Shown one piece after another: positions 9,185 through 19,487 of a stretch of 64,000 nt of DNA; position 1 is the first letter of the stretch, and every line of letters starts with the position of its first letter. Under the pieces are notes generated by a model. That model was not told where the DNA came from and ran no database searches. It was given only the letters and a program-made list of their open reading frames with translations. Origin of the DNA: a virus (lineage: Duplodnaviria > Caudoviricetes); IMG/VR virus record IMGVR_UViG_3300028624_000004, positions 64,001 through 128,000 of that record; one strand, written 5' to 3'. The position numbers were made by a program, and so were the translations under genes.

Positions 9185-10371
9185 GGATCCCACACTTTAT
9201 ATGACTTCCCTTTCCTAAAATCCGATTCCCATATGTAAATTACTTTATATCCCATTTGGTATAGGGTATTTAATTTGTTTATGGTTTTTTGATATAGTTC
9301 TCCATGAGTTTTATGACATTTTTTGTTAAATGTCTCCGGTTTAAAAATTTCAGGATTACCGTGATAGTAATCTCCCATAAACTCATATATGGTTTTTGTT
9401 TCTTCTATTATTCCATCAACTCTATACGTTCTTCTTTTTCCTACTCTTATTTTAACTTGCCTATGATTTTCGTCGTTTGGTATATTCATTTTATTTAACC
9501 AGTCATTTTCTATAAAACTTACATATTTACTACATTTGGGGCATTTGTGTTTCTTTTTCAGATGATAATATGGAGTTCTTTTAAAGTCGCCATGTAATGG
9601 ACAAGTAATTATAATAGGAACGTCAACTCCGTTATACACCGCTTTATCGTAATTGTAAAAGTTGTCAAATGCAACACGACACTCGTCCATAACAGCTTTA
9701 CCATCTCCCAAAACTTTTAATCTTGCTCTTTCGGCTCCACATTTCTTACAACCATTTCCTTTTAAGTGTGTCTCTACTCTTATAGATATATCGCCGTGGA
9801 TTTTACAAGTTAATATTAATCTTTGTTTAATGTTTATTATTTCCGGTAAGTTATTATATAAAAACATATCATTGAATATACTCTTAGATAAGGTGATGAA
9901 ATCATCCCGTTTTAGATTTCTTTGAAGCGCATCCCTAACCGCCCCATAGCGACACTTTGGGCATAAATACCCCCTTGAATCTTTACATAAATCATATGGT
10001 GTCACGTGGAATTCCTTATTATGTTTTTTACATACTACGATTGATTTATCTCTTACATTTTTAAACACAAATTTTGATAAATCTACATTTTCTCTACCAT
10101 ATTTACGATATATCTTATCTTTAATTTCTTCTTCAGTATAATGCCATGTCTTGAGCATATTTTTATAACCAGCTTCTAGTCCACATTTTGGACATCCTAA
10201 TAAGCTTCGACTTTTTAGCTTATGAAAAGATATTTCTTGCTCCCCATGGGAGTTGCATATTATAACAATTTTTGTTTTTGCGTCTTTATATTCAAAATCA
10301 TCGCGCAATTTAATGTTTGGGAATTTATTTTCTATAAAATTTCTGACATATTGAGTACTAAGTCTTTTCAT
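9124..10371 (-). CDS. Putative homing endonuclease: zinc-binding repeats plus C-terminal Vsr/EDxHD-like PD-(D/E)xK nuclease
   Basis: Repeated IxCxxHG...CPKC units; C-terminal VDG...YEFMGDYYHG...IWE. Overlaps the guaC 3' end antisense. Confidence 0.75.
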   Translation of the reverse strand: MKRLSTQYVRNFIENKFPNIKLRDDFEYKDAKTKIVIICNSHGEQEISFHKLKSRSLLGCPKCGLEAGYKNMLKTWHYTEEEIKDKIYRKYGRENVDLSKFVFKNVRDKSIVVCKKHNKEFHVTPYDLCKDSRGYLCPKCRYGAVRDALQRNLKRDDFITLSKSIFNDMFLYNNLPEIINIKQRLILTCKIHGDISIRVETHLKGNGCKKCGAERARLKVLGDGKAVMDECRVAFDNFYNYDKAVYNGVDVPIIITCPLHGDFKRTPYYHLKKKHKCPKCSKYVSFIENDWLNKMNIPNDENHRQVKIRVGKRRTYRVDGIIEETKTIYEFMGDYYHGNPEIFKPETFNKKCHKTHGELYQKTINKLNTLYQMGYKVIYIWESDFRKGKSYKVWDPQETETILQFDNALKSFPPA

Positions 10372-10377
10372 GTGTTG

Positions 10378-10557
10378 TTATTCCCCCCTTAAGCATCTTT
10401 CAACGCTGTCTTCGTCATAGTAAAATTTCTTAGGACCGAACTTGAAAGGCTTCAGTCTCCCGTCCCTTACCCACCCCTGTATTGTCCTTATATGTTTACC
10501 AAGTTTTTTAGCAAGTTCGCGAGTAGTGTAGTATTTCTTGTCATTTAATTCTAACAT
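10378..10557 (-). CDS. HTH (MerR/excisionase-like) DNA-binding protein, 59 aa
   Basis: YYTTRELAKKLGKHIRTIQGWVRDGRL. AGGAGA RBS supports a start at 10557 rather than 10779. Confidence 0.8.
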   Translation of the reverse strand: MLELNDKKYYTTRELAKKLGKHIRTIQGWVRDGRLKPFKFGPKKFYYDEDSVERCLRGE

Positions 10558-10573
10558 GTTATCTCCTATAAAG

Positions 10574-10581
10574 TATTTATA
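10574..10581 (-). promoter_or_regulatory. T4-type late promoter motif TATAAATA
   Basis: Exact motif just upstream of the RBS of the HTH-endonuclease cassette. Confidence 0.6.
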
Positions 10582-10653
10582 CGCATTATAACATATTATT
10601 GACATATTTTTGTATGTATTTGGATTAATTATAAAATCAGTTATAATAAACCA

Positions 10654-11208
10654 ATGGACCAGACCTTCGAAGCATCTTACTGGGGCGACTGTACAAATAC
10701 CTTTGACGAGGAACAGAAGCATTATGTATATGCTCGCTTCATGGGTATTCCAATACAACACTACTCGTTTGACGCTCAAGGAGCATCTGTTCTTGACATT
10801 GGTGGCGGTCCAGTATCAATGCTACTCAAGACCAAGAATCTAAAAGCAGGAAGAGTATATGATCCTCTCCATTACCCGAAATGGACCATAGACCGCTACG
10901 CCATAAAAAACATTGATGTCGTTGTCAAGGGTGGCGAAGAAGTCGATGAAGTGGGTTGGGATGAGGTTTGGATATATAACTGCCTTCAGCACACATCCGA
11001 TCCTCATAAGATACTCTCCAATGCTCGTCGGGCTGCAAAGCTTATACGCATATTCGAGTGGGTCGATGTTCCTCCCCACGATGGACACCCACATGAGCTT
11101 AATAAAGAGTTTCTTGATAGTTGCCTTGGAGTCAATAACGGAAAGGTAACTCAACTGGCTGAATATGGCTGCTACGGCAAGGCTTATTCCAATATAATCA
11201 AAGTATAG
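10654..11208 (+). CDS. Class I SAM methyltransferase
   Basis: VLDIGGGP motif I; YNCLQH..DP..IL. Confidence 0.8.
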   Translation: MDQTFEASYWGDCTNTFDEEQKHYVYARFMGIPIQHYSFDAQGASVLDIGGGPVSMLLKTKNLKAGRVYDPLHYPKWTIDRYAIKNIDVVVKGGEEVDEVGWDEVWIYNCLQHTSDPHKILSNARRAAKLIRIFEWVDVPPHDGHPHELNKEFLDSCLGVNNGKVTQLAEYGCYGKAYSNIIKV

Positions 11209-11213
11209 GGGTG

Positions 11214-11221
11214 TATAAATA
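11214..11221 (+). promoter_or_regulatory. T4-type late promoter motif TATAAATA
   Basis: Exact intergenic motif upstream of the structural block. Confidence 0.65.
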
Positions 11222-11239
11222 AAGCCATAGAGGCTTTAT

Positions 11240-12190
11240 ATGCGAAACCCTTATCTAGCGACTGAAGTTGTTGTTGGCAAGACAACCAATATTATAAAGT
11301 CTGATCCAGTTCAGGGACAGATGACATTTCAAGATAATGTCGTAACAACTCCTGTAACCCTTTCTGATCTTTTAGGTAGCGAGCAGGCTGAAAGCCACTT
11401 CAGAATGGAAGTTGCTGCTATAACTGGCGATCTTCAGCAACAAATAGACAACATTGATACAGATGTATCTAATCTTCAGACGCAAGTAGATGACATCATA
11501 GAATCTGGTGGTGCTATATCATCATATGTATCGACCGTAAATGATATATCTGGTGCCATAACCGTTGTTAATGGTAATGGAATAGAAGTAACAACATTAC
11601 CAAACGGTCAAATAACTATATCTCTTTATGAAGATATTAATATATCATCGTTTACTGGTGGAAGCTCAAATGAAATAGGGTCAACTGTAAACTCGGTCGA
11701 TCTTGAATGGACCATAAACAAAACAGAAACATCCCAAAGCATAAATCAAGGCATTGGAAGCTTAACTGTTGGAGTAAGAGACTATAACTACGCAACTCCA
11801 ATAACAACCAATACAACATTCACGATAACGGCTGGAGATGGTACGACTGTCGATACTGCTAACACCACGGTTGCCTTTTACCATCGTCGCTGGTGGGGCA
11901 CAAGCGCAAATACATCCTTGTCAAGCGCACAAATACTTGGGCTGGCTAATAACGAATTCGGTTCTTCGAGAAGTAAATCGTTTACGATAAACGGAAATAG
12001 TGAATATATCTATTATGCATATCCTGCTGCGTGGGGAACTGCGACATTCACTGTAAATGGACTGTTGAACACCGCATGGACTCTTGATGTGGTCAGTCAC
12101 ACAAACGCAAGTGGGCATGTAGAAAACTACAATGTGTATAGAACCAATACCACCCAGAGCGGCTCTGGAATATCTATTGCAGTATCTTAA
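11240..12190 (+). CDS. Virion fibre adaptor-like protein (coiled coil plus Ig-like C-terminus); paralog of 29075
   Basis: LQQQID coiled coil; SFTGG..EIG, RRWWG, YYAYP and YNVYR motifs shared with 29075. Confidence 0.75.
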   Translation: MRNPYLATEVVVGKTTNIIKSDPVQGQMTFQDNVVTTPVTLSDLLGSEQAESHFRMEVAAITGDLQQQIDNIDTDVSNLQTQVDDIIESGGAISSYVSTVNDISGAITVVNGNGIEVTTLPNGQITISLYEDINISSFTGGSSNEIGSTVNSVDLEWTINKTETSQSINQGIGSLTVGVRDYNYATPITTNTTFTITAGDGTTVDTANTTVAFYHRRWWGTSANTSLSSAQILGLANNEFGSSRSKSFTINGNSEYIYYAYPAAWGTATFTVNGLLNTAWTLDVVSHTNASGHVENYNVYRTNTTQSGSGISIAVS

Positions 12191-12202
12191 AGGATTTACA
12201 AC

Positions 12203-13681
12203 ATGGCAAATAACGAAGGCACACTGATAATCGCCCCAATAAGACCACAAGGTGTTGATGACGTGATACCAACAGCATACTCCAATGAGTTGTTCGGTGG
12301 CTGGCATCAGGTCGATACTGTTGTTGAAAGAGATGCTATTTTAGCCACGAGAAAAGTAGACGGAATGGCATGCTATGTTGTAGAGATGTCTGCCGCATAT
12401 ACATGGAATAATGGTGCATGGGGTTCATTTGCAACTGGCGGTGGAGTTGATGGGGCTACAGGGGCTACTGGATTGACTGGAGATACTGGAGCAACAGGAG
12501 CAACAGGAGCAACTGGGGAGACTGGAGACATAGGAGCCACTGGAGCAACGGGAGCAACTGGATTAACCGGAGCAACTGGAGCCACTGGAGCCACTGGTCC
12601 CGGTCTTTTAAATATTGACAGTACGGTTTCTGGAGGAACTCTTACTATTGATGCTGATTTAACTGATGATAGTACATTTGTTGTTTTGGATGGTGGTGGC
12701 ACAGCCGTCATGATTGATAATGTTTTGCCACTTGGACCTGCGCCTTTAGTATGGAATGATTCAACACAAAGAGCGGAAGTGACAGAATACATTTCTAATG
12801 TTATAGTATTAACATTAACACCATCAACGACACCTGAAACCGGCGAAGATGGTGCGATATTTTTTGATTCTAACACAGGAGAATTAAAATATTATGATGG
12901 ATTTGAATGGATAGTTGCCGCCAAAACACAATGTGCTAATATTCCAAGTGAGGATGGTGGACCATATGATGGAATGATTCAGCTTTCTACAGAAGGCGGA
13001 GATTTTGCAGTTGAAGATGGGTTGCGATGGGTTTCCACACAGTCCAAACTGGAAGTTCCGGGCAGCATAGAAGATGTTTCGTGGATAAAATGGTCAATTG
13101 ATGAAGGTGGGCTTGGTGGCGGGCAGGCAGGAACAATAGCTTTCAATTATAACGATAACAATAAACCATATTACCACGATGGCAATGATTGGATTTCCAT
13201 GGTGGCAGCAGGAAGTTTAACAATATCACATAATTCTACTGAAGTCAATGACGTAAATGAAATAGAATTCTCTGGTACTGGAATAAGCAGCGTTGTCGAT
13301 AATGGTGGTGGCAGTGTCACCATAACAATAGACGCCTCTGGATCGCAGGGAAGTTCCTTACCAGAAGTAGGAGTTGTTGATGTCACTGGTGATGCGTTCA
13401 TGCCAGATGGTCTTTTGACTTCTTACAACTATTATCTTACTGATAACGCAACCTTATCTTGCCCCGAAGCAACCATGCCAAATGGATCAACTATAACAGT
13501 TATCATAAATCAACCATCAACTGCTTATACAATGACATTTGATGATGCTAACGGATTCACATGGAAGTTCCCGAACGGCGATCCTATTACATTGACAAAC
13601 GAAGCAAATGCCGTAGATATTCTGTCAATTTTAAGAATTAACACCAACATGTATACAACAGTCATTAAGAAATTCGCATAG
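12203..13681 (+). CDS. Fibre protein with short collagen-like segment
   Basis: N-terminal GGW..V....ERD.I...RK..GM..YV domain shared with 30202; GAT triplets. Confidence 0.75.
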   Translation: MANNEGTLIIAPIRPQGVDDVIPTAYSNELFGGWHQVDTVVERDAILATRKVDGMACYVVEMSAAYTWNNGAWGSFATGGGVDGATGATGLTGDTGATGATGATGETGDIGATGATGATGLTGATGATGATGPGLLNIDSTVSGGTLTIDADLTDDSTFVVLDGGGTAVMIDNVLPLGPAPLVWNDSTQRAEVTEYISNVIVLTLTPSTTPETGEDGAIFFDSNTGELKYYDGFEWIVAAKTQCANIPSEDGGPYDGMIQLSTEGGDFAVEDGLRWVSTQSKLEVPGSIEDVSWIKWSIDEGGLGGGQAGTIAFNYNDNNKPYYHDGNDWISMVAAGSLTISHNSTEVNDVNEIEFSGTGISSVVDNGGGSVTITIDASGSQGSSLPEVGVVDVTGDAFMPDGLLTSYNYYLTDNATLSCPEATMPNGSTITVIINQPSTAYTMTFDDANGFTWKFPNGDPITLTNEANAVDILSILRINTNMYTTVIKKFA

Positions 13682-13692
13682 GAAGTAATTAC

Positions 13693-16512
13693 ATGAGCGG
13701 AAGTGGAAAACTAAATCTAAGCTACTGGAATTACTATCCTGATCTTGTGGTCTATAACGATCCTATATCAAAAACTATTACGAACATAGTCGAAGAAGCC
13801 GACACAAACGTAGGTGGGATTACGCGATCAGATCCTTATATCTTTTCAAGGGACTTTAGTGGATCAATAGATTTTACATCGGGGGAATCTTCTAATTCTT
13901 TGTATTGGATGCAATCAGAGAAGATGGATTTGTATTACTCTATTTCTCCTTATGTTTCAATAAGTGTATCTTCTAGCTATACTGGTATGGGGATTGCAAT
14001 CTCTGACAGTATCTCTGATTTAGAATCATTTATAGACGAAGTTAACAACATGGATCCTATGGATTACACGGATTCATTTCTTACTGACTCTTATAGTTTT
14101 TCTAACTTTAATGGGTATTATTCTAACAGTGGATCATTTTCTGGAGAGCCATCGCTGGGATATAGTAGTGGTAGATTCTATGTTTTGTTTTATGATTTAA
14201 ATAATTTCAATCAGTCATACTCTGGGTTTGGTGATTATTTTGATGTCTCATTTTCATTATCTGGGGAATTTGCCCATGAACGTAGTGTAGCGGCAAGTGA
14301 ATCTGATTGTGTATATACTTTATTTTCTTCGCAAAACTATACACCTGACTACACGCAGCAATCTTGTAGCTTCGGTGGCGTTCTATGTACAAAAAATATT
14401 ACTTACGACTACGATCCACATTTTAAAATAGATGCTTCCATTGATGATTTTTCTAACACTACATTTTCAGCATCGGAGATAGAAGTAAAACTAGTATATT
14501 TGGATGACGTTGGTCAATTCGATTATGCAACTACAATTGGTACTTATTCTGGTGGGCAGATAAACCAGTACTATGATGTGGGAACCGATTCATATATTAT
14601 CAGCTTATCATCAGTGATAAACATAAGTAAAGACCCCTACCAGATAGTGGCTAACATGAACCACATGATGGAGGCATTATATATACTAAAGGTAACAACA
14701 AATGTAGGTGTATTCACCAAACATCAAGTTGTCAATAGATATCCTGTTTTATATAAACATGTATTCCCAACTGGTTCTCCATATTTGAATACATTAAATC
14801 AAAAGATGTATGTTCCTTTGGAGAATGAAGATTTAAATAAAATTTATAATCCGGGTACAAAGATATACTATGGCGGCGGCTTCGCTAAATTTAACCCATC
14901 AACATATATCCCATCAGCAACAAATATCCCAATATCATATAGAACAACGAAGTCAAAAGAAACTAAAATTGCCTATTTGTATATAGATGGTTATAATAAT
15001 ATCCTTTCCTGCTCAAATGGAATATCAACGGGAGATATCTCTGGGGCTGTATTTTCAGTAACCCTCGACACATCCACTAATACATTTATTCCTATTTCAT
15101 ATTATAATCTCGGCAAAAATAGAATAGTATGTGATTATGTTACTGGTGGCGCTGGTCCAATATTAGATAAAGAACAATTTGGCGGCGATATTTATTATGT
15201 AAAGAAGAATTACTCTTCTTCTAGTGTGGATTATGATATCACTAAAGATGAGTCTGATAATAGCTGGTCAATATCAACAGGATGTCCAATGACATTTACG
15301 GATATTTCCGGTGGAGACAACTTCTATTGGCGCGAAGAATATCCAAGCTACTTCATCACAAAAGAAATAACCGGAGCATCTACAGAAACTTATACACAGG
15401 CTGAAAAGGAAGGATCTATCTCGGGATTATCTGATTATTCTCTTATATCAACGGATCCTAATGGTGTATCGCTTTATTCCGCCAATATTGACTTAAAGAT
15501 TGCGAACCTAGATCCATCTAATATGCTGACTCTTTCAGTTGAAAGACATGAGATATATAAAAATTTGGTTGACAATGAACCAGTTTATATGTTGAAAACC
15601 AAATTTAACCATCCATATGGACAGGTAAGGGGGAATGATTGGAATAATCCCGATACAGGAAGCATTAAAATTCACTATACGGATATTAGTTCAACGGTCG
15701 GAAGGATGATGGTAAGAAACAATTTTATTCCTAGCTACTCCACCCCTGATTATAATGCATATTTGTGGCACCCACTACACTCAAATAATACGACATTTAC
15801 AGCATCAGGAGTAGTAACGTTTTCATATGGAAATACACAATACAATCAACAAATATTTACAAAGCAGCATGTTTCAATACCCTTAAGAGATCCTCTAAAT
15901 GCAGTAGCTCAATTTTACTCGACAAATGACTTAAGATTCAAGGGCATGCGCGGTGGCATAGTTCCACAGACACTTGATTTAGACGAAAGCTTGCAGCCAT
16001 TCCTTTCTATTGATACAAGTGGATATGCAGAAATGGATTATGCACAACCATATTATGGAAGAACTGCTCCAACTTCTCTAATGTTGTTTGAAATTAATCC
16101 TACGAAATTTTTAGCTACACCCGTGGGATATTTTAAACTAGAAGCATTTGATAATACTACAGTAGTATCATCAACCAATCCACCAAACCCTGAAGATATA
16201 TTGGCTGTTTCGTTTGACCCAACGACGGACACAAAGTTCAAATTAACAGTTAAAGACACCGACTATCCTTACGGCTCTAATGAATTGATGTATTATCATA
16301 TTGCCACGCTATCCAATACACAAACTTACACAGCGACAAAAAGACACACAGAATTTAAATTAGATTTAACTTATGGGACAAATGCATTTAAGCGTGCTGT
16401 CCTTGGCATTGATTTTACTTATAACTCAGGAACGAAAGAATATACATCAAATATAAATGACTTGTATATTTTTGAAGTAGTGACTACATATCCACCAGAA
16501 ATAACTATATAA
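13693..16512 (+). CDS. Large Ser/Tyr/Thr-rich putative structural protein
   Basis: 939-aa ORF in the structural operon. Confidence 0.75.
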   Translation: MSGSGKLNLSYWNYYPDLVVYNDPISKTITNIVEEADTNVGGITRSDPYIFSRDFSGSIDFTSGESSNSLYWMQSEKMDLYYSISPYVSISVSSSYTGMGIAISDSISDLESFIDEVNNMDPMDYTDSFLTDSYSFSNFNGYYSNSGSFSGEPSLGYSSGRFYVLFYDLNNFNQSYSGFGDYFDVSFSLSGEFAHERSVAASESDCVYTLFSSQNYTPDYTQQSCSFGGVLCTKNITYDYDPHFKIDASIDDFSNTTFSASEIEVKLVYLDDVGQFDYATTIGTYSGGQINQYYDVGTDSYIISLSSVINISKDPYQIVANMNHMMEALYILKVTTNVGVFTKHQVVNRYPVLYKHVFPTGSPYLNTLNQKMYVPLENEDLNKIYNPGTKIYYGGGFAKFNPSTYIPSATNIPISYRTTKSKETKIAYLYIDGYNNILSCSNGISTGDISGAVFSVTLDTSTNTFIPISYYNLGKNRIVCDYVTGGAGPILDKEQFGGDIYYVKKNYSSSSVDYDITKDESDNSWSISTGCPMTFTDISGGDNFYWREEYPSYFITKEITGASTETYTQAEKEGSISGLSDYSLISTDPNGVSLYSANIDLKIANLDPSNMLTLSVERHEIYKNLVDNEPVYMLKTKFNHPYGQVRGNDWNNPDTGSIKIHYTDISSTVGRMMVRNNFIPSYSTPDYNAYLWHPLHSNNTTFTASGVVTFSYGNTQYNQQIFTKQHVSIPLRDPLNAVAQFYSTNDLRFKGMRGGIVPQTLDLDESLQPFLSIDTSGYAEMDYAQPYYGRTAPTSLMLFEINPTKFLATPVGYFKLEAFDNTTVVSSTNPPNPEDILAVSFDPTTDTKFKLTVKDTDYPYGSNELMYYHIATLSNTQTYTATKRHTEFKLDLTYGTNAFKRAVLGIDFTYNSGTKEYTSNINDLYIFEVVTTYPPEITI

Positions 16513-16540
16513 GGCTTTAATATACTGTAAGATACATTTT

Positions 16541-16909
16541 ATGAAACCCACAGACCCATTTAGAAAATCAATAAGGAATATCCTTAAAGAATCATTTGAG
16601 ACGATTAAAGAACTATTTACCATGAAAAATTTTTCATTGTTGCAGATTCAAGTTTTACGCATCATCGCCCAAAAATTGGGAGTGGGAAACTCTGCTAATG
16701 AAGTTAATCAATTTCTTATGTCAAAAACTGGAAAAGAGATAATGAGACATTATAGGGAAGTGCTTATAGATAGATATGGCGAAGATGGGGCTGGAATGCC
16801 ACATTCTGATGATACTGTTGATCCTGGCTTTAATCCAGCAAACCACAAGGAAAATTCAACATTGGCAAACTTCATCGCCAATGAAATAATCCAGAGGCTA
16901 GGCAAGTAA
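16541..16909 (+). CDS. Hypothetical protein
   Basis: 122-aa ORF. Confidence 0.65.
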   Translation: MKPTDPFRKSIRNILKESFETIKELFTMKNFSLLQIQVLRIIAQKLGVGNSANEVNQFLMSKTGKEIMRHYREVLIDRYGEDGAGMPHSDDTVDPGFNPANHKENSTLANFIANEIIQRLGK

Positions 16910-16948
16910 ATATATAAATTTACTGATATAATATCTTCGAGGTATTAT

Positions 16949-19105
16949 ATGCGTTTTCACGTTCTAGGCTTGCCACATACAGTTTCCTCCAAAGAGTATG
17001 TCGCCTGCTATTCGTCAGATACAGAAATAATGACAGAAGACGGCTGGAAGTCCATTAAAGAATTAGCCGAGGCAAATATAAAGATAAAAATAGCTACACT
17101 AAACCCAGCGATAAATCAGGTAGAATATTATTACCCACATAAATGGATTATCAATCAATACAACGGAAAGATGTTTCATCAAACCGGAATGTCAATTGAC
17201 TTTCAGATTACACCAGAGCATAGAATGTGGTGTAAGACTGTAGCAGACGATAGGAATAAAAGAAGTTATAGATTTATAGAAGCGCAAGATGCTCCGAAAG
17301 TTGTTTATCATAAACGGGACTTTCCGTGGGTAGACGGTGAGGAAGTTGAATACTTTGAGTTACCTGAAATTACTGATGGTAATGGAAATATAAGACCGCA
17401 GAGAAGGTTTAAGATGGATTCGTGGCTTAAGCTTTTCGGTATTTATATAACCGAAGGCAATATTGACGGCACGAGATATAAGACGAAAAATGGTATTATT
17501 AAGGGCAAGCACACAGTTTTTATTGCCCAAGAAAAATCAAAAAGCAGAGAAATAATCCAATCGTGGCTTGACGAACTCTGCATTAGGTATAAAAAGTCAT
17601 CTCGTGGGTTCCATATACACGATACTCAGTTCGCACACTGGTTTTCCCAATTTGGGAAAGCGCGTGTAAAACATATTCCACATTGTTTTAAAAATCTTTG
17701 TAAAAGACAACTAAATATACTATTAAATGCGATGATATTGGGCGACGGTTGGACCAATGGTATTAACAAGAGATATGTTTCGTTTTCTAAAAATTTAGCT
17801 AATGATTTTAATGAAATAGCATTAAAGCTAGGATATGCCGTAACTCAGTATGATGATCCAGATCCAAATATTCCCCGCCATATAGTTACTCTTTCTGATA
17901 ATTGTAAGGAACCGTTGGTCAATTCGCAGAAAGATTTCAGAAAATATGTCAATTATATAGGTAAAGTATATTGTCTTGTAGTTCCCAACCATATAGTTTT
18001 TGTAAGAAGAAACGGAAAGGCTTGTTGGAGCGGCAACTGTGCCTACACCCAAAAGGTAGTTAAATTCTGCAAAATGATGTCTGCTCGTGGACATCAGATT
18101 ATCCATTATGGACATGAAGACTCTAAGATTGACGGTGAGCATGTTTCAGTTCTCACAAACGATGACTTTATGAAAACCTATGGAACCCATGATTGGCGAA
18201 AGACATTCTTCAAGTTTAACGTCAATGACCACGCATATAAAACCTTTTACAGTAACGCTATACGAGAAGTCGGACTAAGAAAACAGAAAAACGATTTCAT
18301 ATTACCATTTTGGGGATCGGGAGTAAGACCCATATGTGACGCCCATCCCGACTTGATATGCGTTGAGCCTGGAATTGGCTACGCCGGGGGGCATTGGGCT
18401 AGATTCAAGGTATTTGAATCATATGCGATTTATCACGCCTATTATGGTCTTGCCTCAGTGGGAACATGTAAGCAAGACTGGTACGACGTTGTTATTCCTA
18501 ATTACTTTGACCTTGATGATTTTACCTTTAAAGAGCAGAAAGAAGACTACTTCTTGTTTCTTGGAAGAGTATATTCGGGAAAGGGTATTCATGTTGCGGT
18601 CCAAGTAACTGAAAAGTTGGGAGTTAAGCTAAAGGTAGCTGGTCAAAGCACTCTTCAAGAGTGTGGTTATAAAGAAATACCCAAGCATGTGGAGTTTATC
18701 GGTTACGCAGATGTAGAGAAGCGCAGGGAGCTTATGGCTAACGCTAAGGGTGCCTTTGTTGCTTCGATGTATAATGAGCCTTTTGGTGGCGTACAGGTCG
18801 AATGTCTGTTATCAGGTACTCCAACCATCACAACCGATTGGGGCGCTTTTACAGAAAACAATATTCATGGATTGACGGGCTATCGTTGCCGCACCTTTAA
18901 TGATTTTGTTTGGGCAGCTAATAATATATCAAATATAAAGCCGCAAAATTGCAGAGCCTTTGGTGAGAATTTTTCATTGGATAGAGTTGCTAAGCTTTAT
19001 GAAAAATACTTCACTGATATTCTAAATATATACGGAAAGAAGGGCTGGTACGAGCAATATCCCATAAATCTTGACGATTATGCTCGTATTATTCCACATG
19101 AGTAA
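16949..19105 (+). CDS. GT4-family glycosyltransferase interrupted by an intein
   Basis: Exteins rejoin as ...KEYVA/CAYTQKVVKF...; FLGRV..GKG, EPFGGVQVE and GTPTITTDWGAF motifs. Confidence 0.9.
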   Translation: MRFHVLGLPHTVSSKEYVACYSSDTEIMTEDGWKSIKELAEANIKIKIATLNPAINQVEYYYPHKWIINQYNGKMFHQTGMSIDFQITPEHRMWCKTVADDRNKRSYRFIEAQDAPKVVYHKRDFPWVDGEEVEYFELPEITDGNGNIRPQRRFKMDSWLKLFGIYITEGNIDGTRYKTKNGIIKGKHTVFIAQEKSKSREIIQSWLDELCIRYKKSSRGFHIHDTQFAHWFSQFGKARVKHIPHCFKNLCKRQLNILLNAMILGDGWTNGINKRYVSFSKNLANDFNEIALKLGYAVTQYDDPDPNIPRHIVTLSDNCKEPLVNSQKDFRKYVNYIGKVYCLVVPNHIVFVRRNGKACWSGNCAYTQKVVKFCKMMSARGHQIIHYGHEDSKIDGEHVSVLTNDDFMKTYGTHDWRKTFFKFNVNDHAYKTFYSNAIREVGLRKQKNDFILPFWGSGVRPICDAHPDLICVEPGIGYAGGHWARFKVFESYAIYHAYYGLASVGTCKQDWYDVVIPNYFDLDDFTFKEQKEDYFLFLGRVYSGKGIHVAVQVTEKLGVKLKVAGQSTLQECGYKEIPKHVEFIGYADVEKRRELMANAKGAFVASMYNEPFGGVQVECLLSGTPTITTDWGAFTENNIHGLTGYRCRTFNDFVWAANNISNIKPQNCRAFGENFSLDRVAKLYEKYFTDILNIYGKKGWYEQYPINLDDYARIIPHE
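17006..18037 (+). mobile_element. Intein (344 aa) with LAGLIDADG homing endonuclease
   Basis: Block A CYSSDTEIMTEDGWK; block B ITPEHRMW; LAGLIDADG-like FGIYITEG and AMILGDG; C-terminal VYCLVVPNH..FVRRNGK..WSGN/C. Confidence 0.9.
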
Positions 19106-19120
19106 TAATATATTAAAACA

Positions 19121-19128
19121 TATAAATA
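19121..19128 (+). promoter_or_regulatory. T4-type late promoter motif TATAAATA
   Basis: Exact intergenic motif upstream of a GAGG RBS. Confidence 0.65.
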
Positions 19129-19145
19129 CCATTTGAGGTTTCTAT

Positions 19146-19478
19146 ATGGCTCATGAGACAGTAATTGGCAAAAACCAATACATATATTCAATCACTCTTC
19201 CGGGCAGCTTCGCTTTAGTGTCTTCTTTATTGTCACCAGCCGCCTTAGCTGAATTGGGAACTTACGACATATTAGACGGTTATATAGTCTGTGAGGGTGG
19301 TGATTTTGAAGTTGCTCACGATCCGACTCTTACAGTCGGAACTGTAGAGCCTTTTACAGCAAGTGGTTATGCATTTTTCCCTTTCTTGGATTGGCACCAT
19401 AAGGTTTATATCAGAACAACCGGAGGATCGCCAACTGCCCGTGTAAAGATCATGACAGGATTCATAAGAAGACATTAA
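19146..19478 (+). CDS. Small putative structural protein
   Basis: GAGG RBS and late promoter. Confidence 0.75.
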   Translation: MAHETVIGKNQYIYSITLPGSFALVSSLLSPAALAELGTYDILDGYIVCEGGDFEVAHDPTLTVGTVEPFTASGYAFFPFLDWHHKVYIRTTGGSPTARVKIMTGFIRRH

Positions 19479-19487
19479 GGAACATAG

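Noticed and set aside
10558-10779. N-terminal extension of the HTH ORF as given in the ORF track
   Set aside because: It overlaps the divergent promoter and methyltransferase gene; a strong RBS supports the start at 10557.
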